This document shows positions 16,411 through 24,175 of a stretch of 32,000 nt of DNA, piece by piece. Position numbers and translations under genes: made by a program. This stretch comes from an uncultured Actinomycetes bacterium. GTDB taxonomy: Bacteria; Actinomycetota; Actinomycetes; S36-B12; CAIYMF01. The DNA is taken from NCBI GenBank assembly GCA_963843975.1, contig CAWJMG010000003.1:780001-812000 (forward strand), in the 5' to 3' direction. The notes below the pieces were generated by a model. That model was not told the DNA's origin. It did not search any database and saw only the letters and a list, made by a program, of their open reading frames with translations. Within the stretch, counting starts at the first letter, position 1. Each line of letters starts with the position of its first letter.

Positions 16411-16985
16411 TTCTTTGGCTGAAATCTCATTTCGAACCCGCCGGCTTTGCACTCGTCGTAGTCGCCACGCTTGCCGAGGGCTGGGTCGGAGGTCGACCAA
16501 TGCCGGTTCTCCGGCTTGGTTTGGGCGATGCTCCCTTCTCGGTGCTGCTGCCGGCCCTCATTGCCACCGGAGTGGCCAGCGGTCTGCAGCGGGGCCTACT
16601 CGGGTTTGAGGCAGTAGCGGTTCGGCCGACCCCCTTCGTGTCACGTTCGGCCATCGTTGCCGTGATCTTTGGGATCACGCTCACCGTCTTCGCCACTGGC
16701 GGCACATCGCTTGCGGGCGTCACCGCGCGAAATCTCTGTGGCTACTTGGGCGCCGCACTCCTTTCGTTTCGCCTCTTCGGTGGCCTGGCTGCTTTGATCG
16801 TCGCGCCTGCGTCAGCGGTGGTTGCCTCGGTCTTAGGTTCCGACGGTTCAATTGTGTGGTGGGTGCTGCGCCCTGCTGGTCACTGGCCGTCACTGGTGGC
16901 TGCAGGCGTCCTTTTCCTTGTAGGAGGATGGATAGGGACATCACGGGAAACCATGCGGCGTCGCTCTTCCGTGGATTTCAGCTGA
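16407..16985 (+). CDS. hydrophobic membrane protein, unknown function
   Basis: 192 aa. The TTG start overlaps the previous stop (TTGA); an alternative internal ATG would start at MPVLRLG. It has five to six hydrophobic segments. This is the last gene before attR. Confidence 0.6.
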   Translation: MILWLKSHFEPAGFALVVVATLAEGWVGGRPMPVLRLGLGDAPFSVLLPALIATGVASGLQRGLLGFEAVAVRPTPFVSRSAIVAVIFGITLTVFATGGTSLAGVTARNLCGYLGAALLSFRLFGGLAALIVAPASAVVASVLGSDGSIVWWVLRPAGHWPSLVAAGVLFLVGGWIGTSRETMRRRSSVDFS

Positions 16986-17070
16986 CTCAGCTCCTCGTGT
17001 CGTCAAAGGCGGCGGGAGCAGCGCCCCGTTGCTGCCTGAAAGACGCGGCGGGCTCGTGGTCAGGGCGTCC

Positions 17071-17089
17071 CGGTCACAGAAATGGTCAC
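17071..17089 (+). promoter_or_regulatory. putative integrase arm-type / Xis binding repeats (attR side)
   Basis: cGGTCAC (17071-17077), spacer AGAAA, TGGTCAC (17083-17089), 119 bp before the attR core. A related TGGTCAg lies at 17057-17063. Confidence 0.55.
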
Positions 17090-17207
17090 AGACGCCCCGG
17101 CAGCAACTCGCACAGTGCAGTCCGTCCTGTTCCGCTCCATCCCGCTGACCAGCGCAAACGGCACTGTGGACACCATCGCGGTCGCCTACGACAGGGCCCT
17201 ACTCGGA

Positions 17208-17232
17208 GTTCAAGTCCCCCCTCGGACACCAC
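17208..17232 (+). repeat. attR core (direct repeat copy)
   Basis: GTTCAAGTCCCCCCTCGGACACCAC, identical to 5531-5555. The upstream part of the tRNA is not duplicated here. Confidence 0.87.
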
Positions 17233-17233
17233 C

Positions 17234-17267
17234 ACGAAGGCCCCGACCGCGAGGTCGGGGCCTTCGT
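17234..17267. terminator. 15-bp-stem hairpin immediately outside attR
   Basis: ACGAAGGCCCCGACC-GCGA-GGTCGGGGCCTTCGT. It lies 15 nt downstream of the SGNH gene stop (- strand). Before the insertion it would have directly followed the tRNA-Leu 3' end (+ strand). Confidence 0.6.
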
Positions 17268-17281
17268 CGTACGCCGTGCGA

Positions 17282-17917
17282 TCAGGCAGCCACGGGTGCG
17301 CGGCCCACGGAGTCGATGAGCGTCGCGAACGCGCGGCATCCGGCCGGCTGCAGGTGGATGTGGTCGGACCACGTCCACGTCGCGAGGTTCGGCTCGGACT
17401 TCGCGTTCCAGTCGGCCAGCCGCGTGTTCGGGAATCGCCACGCCGCGTGGCGGATCGCGGTGTTGCTGCGCAGCTCATGGGAGTAGCGGCCGTCGTTCGG
17501 CAGCTGGATGGTGATCCAGACGACGATGCGCTTGGACCCCAGCACCTTCATGATCGCGTCGATCTGCTGGTCGGTGACGCCGCCGTTCGTGCCCACGTGC
17601 ACGGCCACGAGGTGCGGCAGCTTCGTGCCCATCGACGCCAGGACGTCGCGCACCGCGCGAGCCTGCCGGCTGCCCTTCGCGTCGTACGACCAGCCCTTGG
17701 CTGCGACGCACGTCCGAGCGCCCAGGAGCACCGAGTCGCCGATCACGAAGGCCGGGCCGACATACCTGGTCGGCGCAGGCGGAGTCGTAGGAAGCCCGAC
17801 GGGAACCGTGGTCGTACCGCCGTCGGAGACCATCGCCTGGGCAGCCGTGGGCGCCCAAGGCACGACGACCAGCGCAGCGGTCGCGAGGACGAGGGCAGTA
17901 CGTCGTCGGCCCAGCAC
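17282..17917 (-). CDS. secreted SGNH/GDSL-like hydrolase domain protein
   Basis: 211 aa. Signal peptide ending AAQA. Block I VIGDSV, block III HVGTNGG, block V SDHIH (DxxH). Confidence 0.75.
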   Translation of the reverse strand: MLGRRRTALVLATAALVVVPWAPTAAQAMVSDGGTTTVPVGLPTTPPAPTRYVGPAFVIGDSVLLGARTCVAAKGWSYDAKGSRQARAVRDVLASMGTKLPHLVAVHVGTNGGVTDQQIDAIMKVLGSKRIVVWITIQLPNDGRYSHELRSNTAIRHAAWRFPNTRLADWNAKSEPNLATWTWSDHIHLQPAGCRAFATLIDSVGRAPVAA

Positions 17918-18017
17918 CTCGGCCTCCTCGCCTCGGCTGACGCCACCACGCTAGCCAGGGCTGTGCGCGATGTCCCGGTATCCGGTGCCGAGGGCCCCGT
18001 AGGAGGCGTACGCCGGG

Positions 18018-18818
18018 TCAGCGGCCGAGCGTGAAGCGCAGAGCGCCGCCGAGGCCCCCGAGCAGGGCGCGCCGCCGCAGGCCGAACGCGAGGCGCACCG
18101 CGGGCGCCTTCCAGCCGAAGACCCGGTCGAACACCACCGCGCGGGCACGCCGGTCGGCATCGGTCCCCCAGCGCGCGCCTGAGCTGTCGTCCGGATGCAT
18201 CGCGACCACGACCGGCCCGTGCAGTCCGCGCCCGCCGGCGCGCAGGAGGTCGGCGCAGAAGATGTACTCGTCGCCGAGGTAGTTCTCGGCCCCTGCGCCG
18301 AATCGCTCGTCGAAGCGGATCCCTCGTGCGCGCACGGCGGGAACGCGCACGAGCATCTCGTACGTCGCCGCCTTGCCGCTGTTGCGCACGCTCAACGGGA
18401 CGACGGCGGCTGGGTAGTCCTTGCGCATGCGTCCGTGCTCGTCCCGCGCCGCGGCGAGCAGGATGTCCGCGGCCGGATCGGCATCGAGGAGCGCGACGCC
18501 CTCGAGAATCCCGTCCCAGTCGAACTCGACGTCGTCGTCAGCGAACAGCAGGTACTCGGTCGCGGTCGAGTCCAGGACGAGGTTGCGGCTCTTGGCCACG
18601 CCCCACGCCATCTGCTCGAGGATCACGACGTCCGAGCGCGAGGTGAGGGACGCGGGCAACGTGGAGCGCCACTCGACGGAGTCCGGGTTCTGCACGGACA
18701 CGACGACCGCGAGGCGTGGGTCCTGGGGCGGCGGCGCGACGTTGCGGACGCGGTCGGCCGTCGTCGAGTAGCCGAGGGTGATCCGCGCGGTCACGGCGTC
18801 AGTCGTCCTCGTCGTCAT
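18018..18818 (-). CDS. GT-A fold (family 2-like) glycosyltransferase
   Basis: 266 aa. LAVVVSVQN near the N-terminus and LLFADDDVEF (DxD motif). It overlaps the 3' end of the upstream membrane-protein gene by 20 nt. Confidence 0.75.
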   Translation of the reverse strand: MTTRTTDAVTARITLGYSTTADRVRNVAPPPQDPRLAVVVSVQNPDSVEWRSTLPASLTSRSDVVILEQMAWGVAKSRNLVLDSTATEYLLFADDDVEFDWDGILEGVALLDADPAADILLAAARDEHGRMRKDYPAAVVPLSVRNSGKAATYEMLVRVPAVRARGIRFDERFGAGAENYLGDEYIFCADLLRAGGRGLHGPVVVAMHPDDSSGARWGTDADRRARAVVFDRVFGWKAPAVRLAFGLRRRALLGGLGGALRFTLGR

Positions 18819-19693
18819 CGTCGTCGGGCCGCTTGTCCTTGATCTCGGCGTTGGCCACTGCTCGCGCGTAGCGCATGACGGCGCCCGACAGGCTGGCGAA
18901 CGTGCCGTTCTGGAGGCGTGCGCCGAGGAACAGCACCACGGTGGTGGAGATGCTCACGAGGCCGTTCACGCTCATGACGATCAGCCCGCCGAGGAGGATC
19001 ACGACACCGACCGACGAGATCAGGGTGCCGACCTCGGCGCTCATGATGCGCGAGCGGAAGCTTCTGGTAGGCCGACACCTGGTTCTTGGAGAACCGCTGC
19101 TCGTGGTAGCGCTTCTGCTGGACCATCTGCGCCTTGAACAGGCGGGCGACCACCTCGGTGAGCAGGAGGATCAGCAGGATGTTGAAGGCGCCGTAGACCG
19201 GTGCCAGCCAGACGAAGAATGCGGCCATGACCGCGAGCTGCGTGGCGAACGACAGCACGTTCACGAGCTCGAGGCCGAGGGCCCACTCCCAGCTCGCCTT
19301 GCCACCGGTCGCCTGGCGGCCCGTCTTGCGGAAGACCGTGTCGAAGAACTGCACCCGGTAGATGCGCTGCGCGTAGTGGGCCACACGCGTGAGCAGGAAG
19401 AGGAAGAAGAAGATCAGGAGCTCGCCGACGATCAGCTTGAGGCCGGCGCCGTTGCGCTCCTTCGTGATGACGTCCGTGAACAGCTTGGTGACGAACAGCT
19501 CGGTGACGGGGATGAACGCACCGAGCGCGACGAGGAACAGCAACATGCCTCGGTCGCGGCCCTTGGGGATCAGCTGCTCGTACGTGTTGTGCAGCGAGCG
19601 CGCCAGACTCAGGATGGCGATCTGGAAAGGGTCGCGCATGAGCTCGCGGAAGGCTCCACGCGAGGGCAGCAGCGACGGTTTCTTGGCCATCAT
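18799..19693 (-). pseudogene. polytopic membrane protein (ABC-exporter-TMD-like, no ATPase domain), reading frame broken at ~19060
   Basis: Frame A (from ATG 19693/19690) reads a sensible hydrophobic protein up to ...FSKNQVSAYQK (K codon 19063-19061), then Arg/His/Pro-rich nonsense. The +1 frame continues FRSRIMSAEVGTLISSVGVVILLGGLIVMSVNG... to the stop at 18799 (track ORF 18799..19044). One extra base lies near 19060. Confidence 0.6.
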
Positions 19694-19757
19694 CCTTCTT
19701 ATGCGGGGTGGTGCCGACGTCCGGGACGGCGGCACCACGGTGCGGATCGGGCTGTGA

Positions 19758-20636
19758 CTACTTGCGCTTCTTGTTCCCGGCGCTGAGGACCGCGGCGACG
19801 GCGGCCTTCAGATGGGACTCGACCTCGTCCTTCTTCGCCTCGCTCACGCGGATGTCGCGGACGAGGTTGTGCAGATCCTGGTGGCGCAGGTCCAGCGGCA
19901 CGACCTGCGGGTTCATCACCTCGACGTCGGCGCCGAGGGCATAGTCCTCGTACTTGATGCCGAGGCCGTGGACGTTGCCCTCGAAGCCCTCGAAGGTCAC
20001 GAGGCCGCAGGGGATGCCGTAGCTCTGGCAGACGATCATCACGTGCATCGCGCTCGTGACGACGGCGTCGTACTCGTTGAGCGTGGCGCAGAAGGCAGCG
20101 ATGTCCTCGCTGCGGCCCATGAGAACGGGGTACTCGTCGACGTTGTCGGGCAGCTGCATCGGGATGTTCTTGTGCGAGAAGTGCCGGACGAAGGCGATGC
20201 GACCGTTGGTGGCGCCTCGCTCGACCGGGACGAGGCGGTCCATGAGCAGGCCGGGGTCTCCGAAGGCTCCGACGACGGGGCCGCCGGACTCGCGGACGAC
20301 CCGGGCCGTGATCGGGCCGCGGACCGAGACGTAGTGCGCCTTCTTCGCCATCTCGATGTCGTCGCGCGAGATGCCCGTGCCGACGACGATCGAGCTCGGG
20401 CGGATGAAGCGCCCGATGGAGCCCAACGAGACGAGGTGCGGCTTGTTCGTCGCCTTCGTGACGGCCTGCAGGCGGATGTTGGCGTCGGTGTACTGCGCCA
20501 CCGCGAGCGGGCTGAGCCAGTCGCCGAAGTTGCCCGGGAACGGCTTGGACCACCAGGCGAGGCGGATCGTGGAGTCGCTGCCCCGCGCCGAGTACTCCAT
20601 GAACGCCTCGGAGGCGGAGCGGATCACGAGCTGCAC
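19758..20636 (-). CDS. polysaccharide pyruvyl transferase domain protein
   Basis: 292 aa. WWSKPFPGNFGDWLSPL and VVTSAMHVMIVCQSYGIP are the conserved pyruvyl-transferase blocks. The start is uncertain (GTG 20636 or ATG 20600), and it may be the C-terminal half of a fusion with the upstream ORF. Confidence 0.85.
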   Translation of the reverse strand: MQLVIRSASEAFMEYSARGSDSTIRLAWWSKPFPGNFGDWLSPLAVAQYTDANIRLQAVTKATNKPHLVSLGSIGRFIRPSSIVVGTGISRDDIEMAKKAHYVSVRGPITARVVRESGGPVVGAFGDPGLLMDRLVPVERGATNGRIAFVRHFSHKNIPMQLPDNVDEYPVLMGRSEDIAAFCATLNEYDAVVTSAMHVMIVCQSYGIPCGLVTFEGFEGNVHGLGIKYEDYALGADVEVMNPQVVPLDLRHQDLHNLVRDIRVSEAKKDEVESHLKAAVAAVLSAGNKKRK

Positions 20637-20643
20637 CGGGAGC

Positions 20644-21534
20644 GGCGATGTACTTGTTGTCGAAGTCGTGCCGCGCGGACTCGAAGCGCTCCGGGTCGCC
20701 GGACATGCCGGCCGCGAGCATGTCGTTGATGGCCTTGCCGCGCTCCGGGTCCAGCGATTTGGTGGAGTCCGCGGTCAGGACGCCCGTGACGCCGACGGTG
20801 TCGACGATCCGCCGCAGCGGACGACGGGCGCCGTCCGGCAGCGATCGCTCGATCTTCTTGGCCTGGCCCAGCAGCTTCTTGCGCGTGCCGACGTTCTTCT
20901 TGCCGGTGTGCTGGACGACCTTGTCCTTGAACTCCGCGACGTTGCCGCTCGAGCCGAACACGAAGAAGCTCTCGCGGCGCTCGGGCTCGTCGATCTTGCG
21001 CTTCCGGACGATCGCCGTGGACGGGATCATCTGGAAGGTGAGGTTGCGGGCGTTGGCGCGCCACGCCTCCTCGAGGAAGTAGTCGTCGGTCGCCTTGATG
21101 TCGGAGCGCTTCTCCAGCTCGTACGCGTCTGCGACGAGCTTGCGGCCCTGCGCCGTCGGGGCGATCCCCCAGAACGAGGGCTCCCAGAAGCGGGCGCGGT
21201 TGGCGTAGCCGATGTGCAGCGGCGAGCGGAAGCTGCGCTGGAAACCGATGAGGTCGGCCGTCGAGTCACGGACGTAGTCCGGCAGGTGCGTGATGCGGCA
21301 GTCGACGTCGATCCAGAACACCATCGCGTCCGGGTGCTTCTGGCAGACGTCGTGGATGAACCCGATCTTGCGGCGGGTCACGTCGGCCCAGTCCTCGCCC
21401 TCCCGCTTCTCGACCTCGAGGAGCTCGTAGGACAGACCGAGGGAGTCCAGCTGCTCCTTGAGCTCGCGGGCATGGCCCGCGTAGTACTCGTCCGGAGTGT
21501 GGAAGGAGCAGATGACGACGTCGCGATGCGGCAC
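20644..21534 (-). CDS. nucleotide-sugar transferase-like ORF without its own stop (runs out of frame into the pyruvyl transferase gene)
   Basis: The first ~297 aa of track ORF 19699..21534 (MPHRDVVICSFHTPDEYYAGHARELKEQLDSLGLSY...FWIDVDCRI...FDNKYIA) are GC3-rich and protein-like. After codon GCC 20646-20644 the frame becomes nonsense, and the +1 frame carries the pyruvyl transferase. Confidence 0.6.
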
Positions 21535-21620
21535 GGAGTGAATCTACACGGCTGCCCAGGCCGTTCCGTCGCTCCGCGACGCCGTGACCTCGGGTTTCGC
21601 ACCTCCCGACGTGGCGAGGC

Positions 21621-22433
21621 TCACGCCGTGGGCGGCCCGTCGAGGTAGATGTCGACGCCGTCGACGGCGTCGAAGCCGAGCCGGCGGTACACCGCCGAGG
21701 CCCGCTCGGTCTCCGGCTGCAGGGTCGCCAGGAGGGTTCCCTGTGCGAACGCCCCCTCGAGCAGCCAGGAGGTGAGGGCGCCGGCCACTCCCCGTCCCTC
21801 GGCGGGGGGCAGCACGCAGATGCCGCCGAGCAGCGCCGCCGGACCGGCCAGCCCGTGGCTGCGGACCGCGTACCCGGTGGCCACCGCGACGCCGTCCAGC
21901 AGGCCGAGCACGGTGTCCACGTCGGGCGACTGCAGGTGCGGAAGGGTCCACGGCAGCTCGGCGGAGGGGTCCGACCCGAACGCGGCCGAGTCGACGGCCA
22001 GCACGACGTCGACGTCGGAGACCGTCGCGGGCCGCAGCTCGAGCCCGGGAACCGGCGGCGCCGGCCGGTGCCCGGACGACGTCAGCCCCATCAGGCCGCG
22101 CGACAGGATCCGGTGGCCGTGCGCCCAGGTCGCCCCTGCCGGAAGTCGCAGGCCCCACGGGACGCCGAGACCGGCGTACCAGGAGCGCACAGCATCGAGG
22201 TCGACGGCATCGGGGTCGTGGACGTCGCCGCTGTTCCACTGCGGATGGTCGAGGCCGCTCGACATCAGCCGGGCGCCGGCGACCTCGGTCGTCGCGCCAC
22301 CGACGGACTGCCGCAGGCGCCCTTCGGCCTGCCAGCCGTCGGCGTACGCCGTGCGCACGAGGTCAGCGGTGAAGGGCACAGGCTCACCCTGGCAGCGCCG
22401 CGCAGGCGGCGCCGCAGGGTTTCCGCGGCGCAT
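21621..22433 (-). CDS. GNAT family N-acetyltransferase (two-domain)
   Basis: 270 aa. The C-terminal half has the acetyl-CoA-binding block LLGGICVLPPAEGRGVAGALTSWLL and ends AVYRRLGF. Confidence 0.8.
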   Translation of the reverse strand: MRRGNPAAPPARRCQGEPVPFTADLVRTAYADGWQAEGRLRQSVGGATTEVAGARLMSSGLDHPQWNSGDVHDPDAVDLDAVRSWYAGLGVPWGLRLPAGATWAHGHRILSRGLMGLTSSGHRPAPPVPGLELRPATVSDVDVVLAVDSAAFGSDPSAELPWTLPHLQSPDVDTVLGLLDGVAVATGYAVRSHGLAGPAALLGGICVLPPAEGRGVAGALTSWLLEGAFAQGTLLATLQPETERASAVYRRLGFDAVDGVDIYLDGPPTA

Positions 22434-22452
22434 GGTTCAGCCGGTACGTGCT

Positions 22453-22971
22453 TCAGCGGGTGCGTGCGGCAGCGAGCGCCAGTGCCACGGACTCGCCCCA
22501 GTGCTCGGCGCGCTCGAGCTCGCCGGCGTCCAGCGGACCGGTCGTGCCAGCGACCCCGAAGTCCTCCGGCGGGACGATGAGCTCGAAGCCGGCCGCCTTG
22601 AGCGCCTTGCCCGCACCCTTGCCGGCGGAGCCCGTGAACGGCTTCTTCACCTTGGTGTCGAAGACCGCGGCAGGGATCGGACGGCGCTGGTGCGGCACGT
22701 GCTGCAGCCACTCGCGCAGCCCGTCGCCGGTGCTGACGACCGTGCCGTCGGCCGACTTGCCGCGGGCGCCCTCCCGGGACTGCGGACGGCTCATGCCGAA
22801 CGCGTGGGTCGGACCACCGACGACCAGAAGGTCGAGGTCGTGCGGCAGCTCGTGCGCCTCGCCGACCTCGACGACGTCGACCGCACCCGTGGGCGCCAGG
22901 CCGCGCGCCACCGCGAGGGCGACGTCGCGGGTGTGGCCGAACATGGACTCGTACACGACCAGAGTGGCCAT
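22453..22971 (-). CDS. flavodoxin-domain protein
   Basis: 172 aa. MATLVVYESMFGHTRDVALAVARGL and LLVVGGPTHAFG are typical of flavodoxin-like proteins. Confidence 0.85.
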   Translation of the reverse strand: MATLVVYESMFGHTRDVALAVARGLAPTGAVDVVEVGEAHELPHDLDLLVVGGPTHAFGMSRPQSREGARGKSADGTVVSTGDGLREWLQHVPHQRRPIPAAVFDTKVKKPFTGSAGKGAGKALKAAGFELIVPPEDFGVAGTTGPLDAGELERAEHWGESVALALAAARTR

Positions 22972-23115
22972 GGTTGCCTCCCGTTCGTCTCCATCCTCCT
23001 CCCGGATGCGTGCCGGCAGCCCGCAACCGCCTGTCTCCTAGGTCACCCGGCCGCCATCCGGACGCCGGGCACATAGGGGCGCAGCGATCCGGACGACCTC
23101 CGCAGGGGAACTGCC

Positions 23116-24135
23116 GTGTCCGAGTCCGTGGCCGATCACCGCCGGTCCGCAGTCGCACGTCGGCCGTACGCTCGCCCGGTGACCGACTCCCCCAGAACCG
23201 CCGCCGGCCCGGCGCCTGCGCACATGACCCGTCGTGCCTGGGTGCTCTTCGGGGCGATGGCCGTGATCTGGGGTATCCCATATCTCTTCATCAAGATCGC
23301 CGTCGTCGAGGTCTCGCCGGCCGCCCTCGCGGGCATGCGGACGTTGCTGGCGGCCCTCGTGCTGCTGCCCCTGGCCGCCCGCGCGGGCGCACTCAGGCCG
23401 GCCTTGCGCTCGTGGCCGTACGTCCTCGCGTTCGGCGTCCTGGAGATGGCGATCCCCTGGGTGCTGATCGGCCACGCGGAGATCAGGGTCTCGAGCGGGT
23501 TCGCCGGGCTCGTGATCGCAGCCGTGCCGATGTTCGGCACGCTGCTCGCATTCCTGCTGGGCGACCGGCACGCCCTCGCGCGGGTGCGCGTGCTGGGCCT
23601 CGCCACGGGGTTCGTGGGAGTAGGCGCGCTCGTCGGTCTCGACTCGCTCGGCGGCCACGTCGACCTTCTCAGCGTCGCCGAGCTGCTCACGGTCGCGGCG
23701 CTCTACGCGATCGCGCCGGCGATCGCCGACCGCAAGCTGCGCCACGTGCCGTCGATGGGGGTCATCGCCCTCTCGCTGTCGATCGTGGCTGTCCTCTACC
23801 TCCCGTTCACGATCGGCGAGCTCGGGCAGGGCCTGCCCTCCCCCTCGGTCGTCGGCTCGATCCTGGTGCTGGCGCTCGTCTGCACGGCGCTGGCGTTCGT
23901 CCTGTTCTTCGAGCTCATCGCCACGGCCGGGCCGGTGCGCGCCACGGTCATCACCTTCGTCAACCCGGCTGTCGCCGTGCTCCTCGGCCTGGTCGTGCTG
24001 TCCGAGCCGCTCACGTGGGGCACGGTCGTCGGCTTCCCCTTGGTGCTGCTGGGCTCCTACTGGGCCACGCGGCCCACGGGGTCGCCCGCTCAACGCGCGT
24101 CGGCCGACGATGCAGCTGGAGTCGGAACCGCCTGA
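23116..24135 (+). CDS. EamA/DMT family transporter
   Basis: 339 aa (alternative ATG at 23224). WVLFGAMAVIWGIPYLFIKIAV starts about ten hydrophobic segments in two EamA-like halves. Confidence 0.9.
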   Translation: MSESVADHRRSAVARRPYARPVTDSPRTAAGPAPAHMTRRAWVLFGAMAVIWGIPYLFIKIAVVEVSPAALAGMRTLLAALVLLPLAARAGALRPALRSWPYVLAFGVLEMAIPWVLIGHAEIRVSSGFAGLVIAAVPMFGTLLAFLLGDRHALARVRVLGLATGFVGVGALVGLDSLGGHVDLLSVAELLTVAALYAIAPAIADRKLRHVPSMGVIALSLSIVAVLYLPFTIGELGQGLPSPSVVGSILVLALVCTALAFVLFFELIATAGPVRATVITFVNPAVAVLLGLVVLSEPLTWGTVVGFPLVLLGSYWATRPTGSPAQRASADDAAGVGTA

Positions 24136-24175
24136 CGGCAAACCCGTGCGGGGCGCAGCCCCGGGACAGGCGAGG

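Larger units (their letters stand above)
5531..17232. mobile_element. integrative mobilizable element (genomic island) inserted in the 3' end of tRNA-Leu(GAG)
   Basis: A perfect 25-bp direct repeat GTTCAAGTCCCCCCTCGGACACCAC sits at 5531-5555 (T arm to 3' end of the tRNA) and at 17208-17232. Between the copies lie a tyrosine integrase next to the tRNA, an excisionase, a MobF relaxase, an IS relic, and lower-G+C cargo. Confidence 0.87.

Noticed and set aside
16877-16893. TGGTCAC followed by CCGTCAC inside the last cargo gene
   Set aside because: The period is 10 bp rather than the 12 bp of the three clear pairs, the second unit is imperfect, and it lies in coding sequence. It is probably chance.
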